26,511 nt of DNA from a virus (lineage: Duplodnaviria; Caudoviricetes): the IMG/VR virus record IMGVR_UViG_3300032318_002408, positions 1-26,511 of that record; one strand, 5' to 3'. Shown in pieces: positions 1 through 7,562 of this stretch (positions are counted from its first letter, which is position 1; every line of letters begins with the position of its first letter). The notes below the pieces were generated by a model, which was given only the letters and a program-made list of their open reading frames with translations, searched no databases and was not told the DNA's origin. The translations under genes and the position numbers were made by a program.

Positions 1-1
1 A

Positions 2-268
2 GAACTGGCTGTTATAGACTTTAAGACATCAAGTAAGATTAAACCCGAAAAGTGGTTAGAAAACTACTTTGTGCAGGAGATGTTCTATGCTTCTGCATAC
101 TACGAACTTACTGAAATTCCCGTCGTAAAACTTATTACTATCATGGTAACTCCAGAAGGAGAAGTCAAGGTATTTGACAAAAGGAACAAACAGGATTATA
201 TTAAGTTATTAGTTCGTTATATTAAAGAATTTGTACATCACAATACTGGGACAGAGAATGGAGAATGA
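2..268 (+). CDS. Exonuclease of PD-(D/E)xK/Cas4-like type, 3' part only (5' end outside window)
   Basis: Frame from position 2 reads ELAVIDFKTSSKIKPEKWLENYFVQEMFYA, with the DFKT and QxxxY nuclease motifs. It is in frame with the listed 71..268 ORF and sits just before gp33, as usual in T4-like cyanophages. Confidence 0.8.
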   Translation, partial: ELAVIDFKTSSKIKPEKWLENYFVQEMFYASAYYELTEIPVVKLITIMVTPEGEVKVFDKRNKQDYIKLLVRYIKEFVHHNTGTENGE

Positions 269-515
269 ATTAGAAAAGGTACTGGAAAGTAAGTTTTTCT
301 GCCCTACTCGTTTTGCGCAAGAGATTGAAAATCTTGTGCATAGTGAGGAGAAGATGAGTTATATTGATGCAATTATTCATTTCTGTGAGAAGAATAATAT
401 TGATGTAGAATCAGTACCTAAACTGATTTCAAAACCATTGAAAGAAAAGATTAAGTATGAAGCAATGGAACTTAACTTTCTGAAAAAGACTTCTCGTGCC
501 AAATTAGTCTTTTAA
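258..515 (+). CDS. gp33: Late promoter transcription coactivator (T4 gp33 homologue)
   Basis: FAQEIE...YIDAIIHFCEKNNIDVESVPKLISKPLKEKIKYEAMELNFL pattern. The more likely start is ATG 258 (MENELEK), which overlaps the exonuclease end. Confidence 0.88.
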   Translation: MENELEKVLESKFFCPTRFAQEIENLVHSEEKMSYIDAIIHFCEKNNIDVESVPKLISKPLKEKIKYEAMELNFLKKTSRAKLVF

Positions 516-574
516 TTCCATTTTAGGTGGGAAAATTTCCCCGGCAAAAATCCCTTATATTACTTTTTTTTTGA

Positions 575-1171
575 ATGGCGCCTTTTGATGCTTATAAAAC
601 TTATCTTGCTCTGAAAAATCATTTTACTAAAAATAACTACGATTATCATAAGTATCAGGGAAAAGTCAGAGCAAATCTAGACTCCTTCTATAAAAGAAAA
701 GATCGCTTTTGGTTTGAAAAACTATCACGAAATAAAACAGATCAAGAGGTAATAGACTTTTTTATTTCAAATTTTATTCATGTAGATGATCCATCAAGTC
801 TGTGGATTGGTAGTATTATTCATGATGGAGATACCCACTATAAAGATTGGCAGAAACGAATTCAGTCTTTAAGTTATATCTTTAAAGAAGAATCTGAAAA
901 ATTATTTAAAGATCATAAGTTTGAGCAAGTATTTGATTGTTCCAAGTCTCATCCAGTGCTATTGAAAATGTTCCTGGGCGGGAAAATTAGCCTGGAAACC
1001 ATGGTAATCTATGATAGAATATTCATGTACGGGAAGAATTTTGATAAGAAATTGAAGGATCCTGTGTGGGAAACCGTCAGTTTAAAAATAAAAAAGTATA
1101 GTCCATTTCTAAATACTGATGTATTCCGTTATAGGAAGATTTTGAAAGAAGTAATTGTAGGGGACTCATGA
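575..1171 (+). CDS. gp59: Helicase loader (T4 gp59 homologue)
   Basis: YLALKNHF..NYDYHKYQGKV...F.KRKDRFWFEKL N-terminal motif; gp33-gp59-gp32 synteny. Confidence 0.9.
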   Translation: MAPFDAYKTYLALKNHFTKNNYDYHKYQGKVRANLDSFYKRKDRFWFEKLSRNKTDQEVIDFFISNFIHVDDPSSLWIGSIIHDGDTHYKDWQKRIQSLSYIFKEESEKLFKDHKFEQVFDCSKSHPVLLKMFLGGKISLETMVIYDRIFMYGKNFDKKLKDPVWETVSLKIKKYSPFLNTDVFRYRKILKEVIVGDS

Positions 1172-1500
1172 GTTTTTTTGATTCTGAATTTGTTCGTGCG
1201 GAGATGGCAGAAATCTCTGAACTTCAAGATGAAATTTATGGAAGTGTCTTTAAATTTCCTTCAATGGAAAAAGAAGATAAAATTTATCATGTAACTCTTC
1301 TAGAAAAACTTTTAAGCAAGCAGCAAGTTCTTTATACTCGTATGAGTTTATCTGATGATCCCGAGGCGCGGGAAATGAAAGGAAAAATTGCAGAATCTGC
1401 AAGAATGATGGGTCTTTCTTCTGATGTTGATATGAATGTCATTTTTAATAACATGACAAAAATGCTTGGAGTCATGCGTAATCAGATTGACAAAAATTGA
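1168..1500 (+). CDS. Conserved cyanophage/cyanobacterial protein, DUF1825-like
   Basis: MSFFDSEFVRAE start and LYTRMSLSDDPEA motif; ATGA overlap with gp59. Confidence 0.7.
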   Translation: MSFFDSEFVRAEMAEISELQDEIYGSVFKFPSMEKEDKIYHVTLLEKLLSKQQVLYTRMSLSDDPEAREMKGKIAESARMMGLSSDVDMNVIFNNMTKMLGVMRNQIDKN

Positions 1501-1515
1501 TTCTTCTTGTAAAAT
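1487..1515 (+). promoter_or_regulatory. sigma70-type promoter for gp32
   Basis: TTGACA (1487-1492), 17-nt spacer, TAAAAT (1510-1515). Confidence 0.75.
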
Positions 1516-1560
1516 AACAGAGTACACAAAAGCCAAATCCAATTAATACGAGGTACACAA

Positions 1561-2496
1561 ATGTCATTTGACAGTCTTAAAAAGCAATCTAAACTTGGTT
1601 CTCTCACTGAAAAACTGGTGAAAGAAGTTGAGAAGATGAATACTGTTTCTGGTGGTGCAGATGATCGTTTCTGGAAACCAGAGATGGATAAAACAGGTGT
1701 AGGTTCTGCAATTATCCGATTCCTTCCTGCTCCAGAAGGTGAAGATCTTCCTTGGGTTAAAATGTATTCTCATGCATTTCAAGGACCTGGTGGTTGGTTT
1801 ATTGAAAATTCGCTGACTACTATTGGACAAAAAGATCCTGTTTCTGAGCACAATCGTGAACTTTGGAACAGTGGAAGCGAGAAAGATAAAGAAACTGTTC
1901 GTAAGCAAAAGCGTAAACTGAACTATTATAGCAACATCTATGTTGTAAAGGATCCTCTTCATCCTGAAAATGAAGGCAAGGTATTCTTGTTTAAGTTTGG
2001 TAAAAAAATCTTCGACAAGATTCTGAATGCAATGCAACCAGAATTTGAAGATGAACAACCAATGAATCCTTATGACTTCTGGACAGGTGCAAACTTCCGT
2101 CTGAAGATTCGTAAGGTTGAAGGTTACTGGAACTATGATAAGTCAGAGTTTGATAAACCCTCTCCTCTTCTGGAAGATGATGATGCAATGGAAGCACTGT
2201 GGAAGAAAGAGTATTCTCTATCTGCTATTGTTGCTCCAGATCAATTTAAGTCATATGAAGATCTTCAGAAGCGTCTGAATTACACTCTTGGGCAAAAGAG
2301 TGCTGCTCGTGCAGTTGCTGAACAGGAGGAAGTCTATGACTCCTATGTTCAGACTTCTACCAAGGAAGACAAAGTAGTTGAAGAATTGGAAGAGTCTTAT
2401 CGTAAGAGCAAGTCACCTTCACTTCCTGTTGTCGCTTCAGGTGATGATGATGAAGATGATGCTCTTGGATATTTTCAAAAGTTAGTTGATATGTAA
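1561..2496 (+). CDS. gp32: Single-stranded DNA-binding protein (T4 gp32 homologue)
   Basis: DDRFWKPE...AIIRFLP...HAFQGPGGWFIENSLTT, GANFRLKI...NYDKSEF and an acidic C-terminal tail. GAGG RBS upstream. Confidence 0.97.
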   Translation: MSFDSLKKQSKLGSLTEKLVKEVEKMNTVSGGADDRFWKPEMDKTGVGSAIIRFLPAPEGEDLPWVKMYSHAFQGPGGWFIENSLTTIGQKDPVSEHNRELWNSGSEKDKETVRKQKRKLNYYSNIYVVKDPLHPENEGKVFLFKFGKKIFDKILNAMQPEFEDEQPMNPYDFWTGANFRLKIRKVEGYWNYDKSEFDKPSPLLEDDDAMEALWKKEYSLSAIVAPDQFKSYEDLQKRLNYTLGQKSAARAVAEQEEVYDSYVQTSTKEDKVVEELEESYRKSKSPSLPVVASGDDDEDDALGYFQKLVDM

Positions 2497-3516
2497 TCAG
2501 GTATAAAGTCGAATATTACTACCGCGTTTTAAGGTGGGGTTCACATACTGGACTCCACCTGATTTATATGGCATCAAATCGTCCATATCATTAAAGACAA
2601 CATTTAAGTATTTTGATTTAAGAATAAAAATATTCCTTTTATTATCTTCAATTTCATCTTCATATTCAAAGTTAGTTACTGCCCTAACAAATGAATCGCG
2701 AGGAAGTTGGACTGAAGAACCAAGTCCTTCATCATAATACTCATAGTAATAAGAGTTTCCGGTTCCATTAGGACTTTCTATGGTTAATAAAACTTCTTCT
2801 GTTCTTGGGGTTGCTAGAGTAGGAATAGGAATATTTGGTGTAGAAGGAAGTTCATATGTAAATGAAATTGCACGACCATCTTCAAAAGGGATGAGAACAG
2901 AAGTTACAATAAAAGTTCCGTTATAAATTTTTTCTATTACATTGTTGATTGTGACTTGGGAACCAACATTTAATCCAAAAATTCCATCATTTATAGTTAC
3001 TGTTGCAGTGGTTGTAGGAGTAATTCCATTGCCAGAGAATATCTGTCCTATCTTGGTATTATTAACTTCAATAAAGTTTCCATTTGTATTCCAGGTATTT
3101 GGAACACGAAGTCCTGCTGGTAAAACTATAGCTCCATTTGAGTTTATAATTTCAGTAGTTTCATAATGGTGAATGCCGGCGTATAAAGTTTCATAATCAC
3201 CATACTTTTCAAGCATTACTTTATCAAATGCTTTTTGAGTTAATGGCCATTCTGATTGAATATTCAGAATATTGTTAGTTAAAAGAATTACCCAGTCAAG
3301 AGTTTCGTCATTATAAAGTTTATATGCAACATTATCAGGTCTTTCATTGCCAACAATCTTATACTTGGTAAAGAAAGCAAGATTTTGAATAATATCTTCT
3401 CTTAATTTTCCGCGCTTGAATAAGTTCTTAACCTCAGTATAATCAGAAATATTCTGCTCCCCAGCAGTTCTGCTTACATATTCAAAATTTGGAACCTGTC
3501 TGAAGTATGATGCCAT
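2497..3516 (-). CDS. gp53: Baseplate wedge subunit (gp53 homologue) with an internal inserted domain
   Basis: YF..PNFEY, LysM-like GNERPDNVAYKLY...DWVILLTNNI..EWP, IHHYET, and C-terminal VTNFEYE...KRNIFILK. Confidence 0.85.
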   Translation of the reverse strand: MASYFRQVPNFEYVSRTAGEQNISDYTEVKNLFKRGKLREDIIQNLAFFTKYKIVGNERPDNVAYKLYNDETLDWVILLTNNILNIQSEWPLTQKAFDKVMLEKYGDYETLYAGIHHYETTEIINSNGAIVLPAGLRVPNTWNTNGNFIEVNNTKIGQIFSGNGITPTTTATVTINDGIFGLNVGSQVTINNVIEKIYNGTFIVTSVLIPFEDGRAISFTYELPSTPNIPIPTLATPRTEEVLLTIESPNGTGNSYYYEYYDEGLGSSVQLPRDSFVRAVTNFEYEDEIEDNKRNIFILKSKYLNVVFNDMDDLMPYKSGGVQYVNPTLKRGSNIRLYT

Positions 3517-3518
3517 TT

Positions 3519-4847
3519 TTAGTAACCTATGTATTCATCAGAATTGCCATCAAGTTCTTTATAATCATCGTCATAAATTGGAATAAGTTCTTTGAATGTC
3601 ATGCTGAGTTCATATGCAGTCATTGAATTATTATTAAATGTTGAATAATTTTGCGCAGGTGTATAATTTACTCCAAAATTTTGAAGAGCACACTCTTTAA
3701 TTTGTGGAAGGAATTTTGCTCCTTTTGCATCATCTCCTTTTTGTCTATATTGAAGTTTAAATGTATTTGGAGTTTTTAAAAATACTCCAGTAGATGCTCT
3801 TTTTACGGACATTCCTTGTTTAAAAAATCTTATAATTTTTTTTATTTCAATTGACTCTGGTTCATCACGAGGGGATAATAAAAAGTTAAAAGTAAATTCG
3901 CGAAGTTGTGGTGCCTGAAAGAGAAGTTCAAGATTTGGGTTTGCAATTGCTCCAGTTGTTCTAGTAAAAAGTTCTTGATTTTGAACTGCTTGTCCAGCAA
4001 AGTATGCCTTTGCTGCGGTTTTTAATGCAGCATTGTTTCCAGATATCATGCTCGAAAATTGATCAGTAAAATCTTTTGCCCCTTCAGCTCCATTTTCTAT
4101 TGTTGTGAGAGCAGCAGCAGCACCTAAAGCCTGAAAGGCATTCATATTACCATCGTTCCAACCAACTAAATTCATATCTGAAATAGATCCTTGAATTGCC
4201 ATTGTTACAGTGCCAATATAATTAGTTGCTTCGCCTCTTGAAAAAACACTTTTAGAAGTTGGAATATTACTTAAATTTGCTTTTGTAGGAACATATTTTA
4301 TCATATTGAATATAATACGATCTTGATCGCTTTTAATTTGTTTTGGATATCTTAAATCTGTTGGATATGATTCTCTACCAATTGCGTCAATTCCAGATCC
4401 AAGGTTATTTAAACTTTGTTGAGTTGCGCCAATATCAAGTGTATCATTTTCTCCTGCATCCGTTGGCGCGGCCGCTGTAGGTTTTGTAGTATTTTTAACT
4501 CCCGGCACTTCTTTAAAGATTGTTGCTTTTTGTGGTTCCGTAAAATTTTTATTTACAAATGCTGCTCTTTGATTATTTGCTTGTTTATCAACTGATTCTA
4601 ATAAAAATTTTTTTTCTTCTGTTGATGCATTTGCAGAAGTTCCTACTAAAGAACTTTTAAAAGTTTTTGTTCCATCTGGATTTTTTACTGAATCACTTCT
4701 TAATACTGCGTCTTTTTGAAATGGTCTGGTTCTTTCATATGTGACAGATGCGCCAGTTTCTTTATTTACTTCTGTTTCAAAAGATCTTAAACCACCATTT
4801 CCTGTACGAAGTATATATTGTAAACTTTGAATTTTATTATCAGCCAT
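3519..4847 (-). CDS. gp48: Baseplate tail-tube cap (gp48 homologue)
   Basis: LRYP, NPNLELLFQAPQLREFTFNFLLSPR..E...I..IIRFFK, C.L....VNYTP and L.F.EL motifs. Confidence 0.85.
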   Translation of the reverse strand: MADNKIQSLQYILRTGNGGLRSFETEVNKETGASVTYERTRPFQKDAVLRSDSVKNPDGTKTFKSSLVGTSANASTEEKKFLLESVDKQANNQRAAFVNKNFTEPQKATIFKEVPGVKNTTKPTAAAPTDAGENDTLDIGATQQSLNNLGSGIDAIGRESYPTDLRYPKQIKSDQDRIIFNMIKYVPTKANLSNIPTSKSVFSRGEATNYIGTVTMAIQGSISDMNLVGWNDGNMNAFQALGAAAALTTIENGAEGAKDFTDQFSSMISGNNAALKTAAKAYFAGQAVQNQELFTRTTGAIANPNLELLFQAPQLREFTFNFLLSPRDEPESIEIKKIIRFFKQGMSVKRASTGVFLKTPNTFKLQYRQKGDDAKGAKFLPQIKECALQNFGVNYTPAQNYSTFNNNSMTAYELSMTFKELIPIYDDDYKELDGNSDEYIGY

Positions 4848-4909
4848 CAGAAATCCTCCTCAATTGCAAGAGGATTAATTATCTCAATTTTTTGTAGAGT
4901 ATGAGACAT
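4847..4909 (-). CDS. Putative 20-aa micro-ORF MSHTLQKIEIINPLAIEEDF coupled to gp48
   Basis: Minus-strand ATG at 4909-4907 and TGA at 4849-4847, overlapping the gp48 ATG (TGATG). It contains GAGGAGG, the likely gp48 RBS. Confidence 0.45.
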   Translation of the reverse strand: MSHTLQKIEIINPLAIEEDF

Positions 4910-4924
4910 TTATGACTTTTTTAT

Positions 4925-5305
4925 CTATTTAGTAATGAATTTTGCATAAGGTAATGAACGTAAGTATTCAATCTCATTTGCTTCAATTACATGCATCTTA
5001 CCTATAACTTCCTGCCATGTATAGTTTCTAAATTGATTCCAATGATAATTGAGTCCTCTAAATCCCCAACGTTCTACAGAAGTAACTGCAATTAATGGGT
5101 GTTGATCATAAGTAATATTGGGAGTTTTTGCAAAATAAACAAAAGTATAATATTTTCCAACATCAGGGATAAACTCACTATTAGTAAAGACTTCCATAAT
5201 GCATAACAAAATGTCATCAGAATTGTCGATATTCTTAATCTTTCTTTTGAGCTGTGAAACTCTACTTGATTGCTTTTGAATATTTTGTCCAAATCCTTGT
5301 GCCAT
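4925..5305 (-). CDS. Short DNA end protector-like protein (gp2-like)
   Basis: GKYYTFVYFAK...YDQHPLI...GFRGLNYH resembles the gp2 core; adjacent to gp4. Confidence 0.6.
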   Translation of the reverse strand: MAQGFGQNIQKQSSRVSQLKRKIKNIDNSDDILLCIMEVFTNSEFIPDVGKYYTFVYFAKTPNITYDQHPLIAVTSVERWGFRGLNYHWNQFRNYTWQEVIGKMHVIEANEIEYLRSLPYAKFITK

Positions 5306-5760
5306 TACTTAATTCCCAATTGATCTTCTGTAATAACCTTGAACTCCAATAAGTGATCTTTACACCATTCTTCTGCTGCCTTCCATTTTGCCTCATTTAC
5401 TGCATAAGTTTTAACTTCATTAATAAATGTTCTGGTTCTTTTTTTAGAAGTTTGAACTGGAGGAACTGTCTGTCTTTTTGGTTTAATCTCTATAATATAC
5501 TTTTTAATCTCCCCAGATTGTTCCTTAACTTTCATTATAAAATCAGGAAAATAACGATGCACTCTACCATCAATCGGTGAAAGATAAGGAATACAGAATT
5601 CTTCCGATGCGTATTCAATCACATTTGGATTTCTATCACACCACTGCATAAACTTAAGTTCCCAAGAACTTCTGTAGATAATATTTTGAATGTCACCCTT
5701 GTATTTTTCGGGATTTTGTGGATGAAATCTTCCCTGATTATACTTTGAATCGCGAGGCAT
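5305..5760 (-). CDS. gp4: Head completion nuclease (gp4 homologue, TnsA-N-like fold)
   Basis: G.F.P.NPEKY.GD...I.YRSSWE.KFM.WCD.NP, HRYFPDF, IEIKP, N.AKW.AA motifs. Confidence 0.93.
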   Translation of the reverse strand: MPRDSKYNQGRFHPQNPEKYKGDIQNIIYRSSWELKFMQWCDRNPNVIEYASEEFCIPYLSPIDGRVHRYFPDFIMKVKEQSGEIKKYIIEIKPKRQTVPPVQTSKKRTRTFINEVKTYAVNEAKWKAAEEWCKDHLLEFKVITEDQLGIK

Positions 5761-5798
5761 TTTCTTATTTCTCGACTACATAATATATCAAGTAAAAG

Positions 5799-5806
5799 TA
5801 TTTATA
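5799..5806 (-). promoter_or_regulatory. T4-type late promoter for gp4/gp2-like genes
   Basis: TATTTATA on + is a perfect TATAAATA on -, about 40 nt upstream of the gp4 ATG. Confidence 0.75.
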
Positions 5807-5807
5807 G

Positions 5808-6620
5808 ATGCCAGCTATTCTTACGCCAACAAAAAGAAATATAGATAGTATCAAAAATAAGTTGATGCAACCAGCATTAACTTCTCATTTTCAATGCCAA
5901 TTTACAATTCCTGAAAAAGTAAGAGATCGACTTAAAGATAATGGGCTGACTGCTGACGCAGGTTTAGACGATATATTAACTATATCATGTTCTGAGGCAA
6001 GTCTTCCTGGTTCATCTCTCATGACTCATGAATTAAATAATGATTTTACTGGAGTTACTCAAAAACATGCACATAGAAGACTATATGATGATAGAGCATC
6101 ATTTACTTTCTATGTTGACAGAAATTATATTCAAATAAGAGTATTTGAAGTGTGGATGCGTTATATTTCTGGAGAACAAATTAGTCTTGGTGAAGATACA
6201 ACAATTGCCTATAGAATGGAATTTCCAAAAAATTATAAAACTTCGCTGTATCTAAGTAAGTTTGAAAGAGATATAGATGAAGGAAGTTTTATACCTTATA
6301 CTTTTGTAAATGCTTTTCCACTTCAAATTGATTCTATGCCAGTATCTTATGATTCTTCTCAATTATTAAAATGTATAGTTTCATTTTCTTATGATAGATA
6401 TTTCTTAGGAAGTCTTGGTTCAACTGCAACAGAATCTTCTAGACAAAATATAAATCAAAATATTTCTCCAAATCAATTTAACTTACAATCTCCAGAACCT
6501 GGTGCAACAGGAACTGGCAGAAGAACTGGGGCGGATGTTTTCAATGTAACTGCGGCAGAACAAAATCTTATTCGTTCTCAGGTAGGATTTAATGGTATTC
6601 CGGGATTTAACGTCAACTAA
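5808..6620 (+). CDS. Tail-tube-family protein / baseplate tube initiator (gp54/gp19-like)
   Basis: CSEASLPG, FTFYVD, FEVWM and YTFVNAFP...VSFSY tube-fold motifs; divergent from gp4. Confidence 0.75.
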   Translation: MPAILTPTKRNIDSIKNKLMQPALTSHFQCQFTIPEKVRDRLKDNGLTADAGLDDILTISCSEASLPGSSLMTHELNNDFTGVTQKHAHRRLYDDRASFTFYVDRNYIQIRVFEVWMRYISGEQISLGEDTTIAYRMEFPKNYKTSLYLSKFERDIDEGSFIPYTFVNAFPLQIDSMPVSYDSSQLLKCIVSFSYDRYFLGSLGSTATESSRQNINQNISPNQFNLQSPEPGATGTGRRTGADVFNVTAAEQNLIRSQVGFNGIPGFNVN

Positions 6621-6624
6621 TTGT

Positions 6625-6632
6625 AATAAATA
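6625..6632 (+). promoter_or_regulatory. Late promoter for the gp26 operon
   Basis: AATAAATA about 25 nt upstream of the gp26 ATG. Confidence 0.6.
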
Positions 6633-6657
6633 ATCATACTGAACTTTTTAGGATATT

Positions 6658-7377
6658 ATGCCTTTACCAAAGATTGCTACACCAACATATGAGTTGGAAT
6701 TGCCTTCATCAGAACAAACAATTAAATATAGACCTTTCCTTGTAAAAGAAGAGAAACTTCTTGTGATTGCAATGGAAAGTGAAGATACAAAGCAAATCAC
6801 AACAGCAATTAAGACAGTTATTAAAAACTGTATTGAAACAAAGAATATCAAAGTAGAAGCATTACCTACATTTGATATTGAATATCTCTTCCTCAACATT
6901 CGTGGCAAATCAGTTGGAGAAGAAATTGAAGTCAATATTATTTGTCCAGATGATGAGCAAACTACGGTTTCGTTGAAAATTAATGTTGATGAAATTCAAG
7001 TTAAAAAAGATGAAAATCATACAAACAAAATTAAACTTGATAATACTTTAATGATGGAAATGAAATATCCATCATTGGATCAATTTATTAAAAATAATTT
7101 TGATATTTCTTCAGGAAACTCAATCGATCAATCATTTGAATTGATTGCTTCTTGTGTTGATAAAATTTATAGCGAAGATGAAGTTTGGACAGCGGCAGAT
7201 GTAACCAAAAAAGAAATTGTTGAATTTTTAGATCAAATGAATTCTTCTCAATTCAAAGAAATTGAAAAGTTCTTCGACACGATGCCTAAACTGAGTCATA
7301 CAATTAAAGTAAAAAATCCAAAGACTGAAGTTGAAAGTGAAGTTGTTCTAGAAGGGTTATCATCTTTTTTCGCATAG
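6658..7377 (+). CDS. gp26: Baseplate hub assembly protein (gp26-like)
   Basis: MPLPKI.TPTYEL.LPS, YRPFLVKEEK.L, FDIEYLFLNIRGKSVGE, FF.TMPKL and terminal LEGL.SFF motifs. Confidence 0.88.
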   Translation: MPLPKIATPTYELELPSSEQTIKYRPFLVKEEKLLVIAMESEDTKQITTAIKTVIKNCIETKNIKVEALPTFDIEYLFLNIRGKSVGEEIEVNIICPDDEQTTVSLKINVDEIQVKKDENHTNKIKLDNTLMMEMKYPSLDQFIKNNFDISSGNSIDQSFELIASCVDKIYSEDEVWTAADVTKKEIVEFLDQMNSSQFKEIEKFFDTMPKLSHTIKVKNPKTEVESEVVLEGLSSFFA

Positions 7378-7379
7378 GT

Positions 7380-7562
7380 ATGGTCCATATGGACCTTGAG
7401 TGTTATTATAAATTAAATTTTTCTCTGATGCAGTATCATAAATATTCATTAACTGAGATTGAGAATATGATTCCTTGGGAGAGAGATATTTACGTTTCTC
7501 TTCTAAAAGATCATCTAGAGGAAGAAGAACTCAAGCAAAAGTCAAAAGGTAATGGCTGGTAA
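7380..7562 (+). CDS. gp51: Small baseplate hub assembly protein (gp51-like); possibly the -1 frameshift extension of gp26
   Basis: YYKLNFSLMQYHKYSLTEIENMIPWERDIYV motif; lies in the -1 frame relative to gp26. Confidence 0.78.
   Translation: MVHMDLECYYKLNFSLMQYHKYSLTEIENMIPWERDIYVSLLKDHLEEEELKQKSKGNGW

Noticed and set aside
1348-2197. Minus-strand ORFs of 64, 164 and 68 aa
   Set aside because: They overlap well-supported DUF1825-like and gp32 genes on the opposite strand and have no motifs.
5305-5760. Tn7 TnsA transposase
   Set aside because: The same fold is the T4 gp4 head completion protein; the context is structural and no other transposon genes or ends are present.
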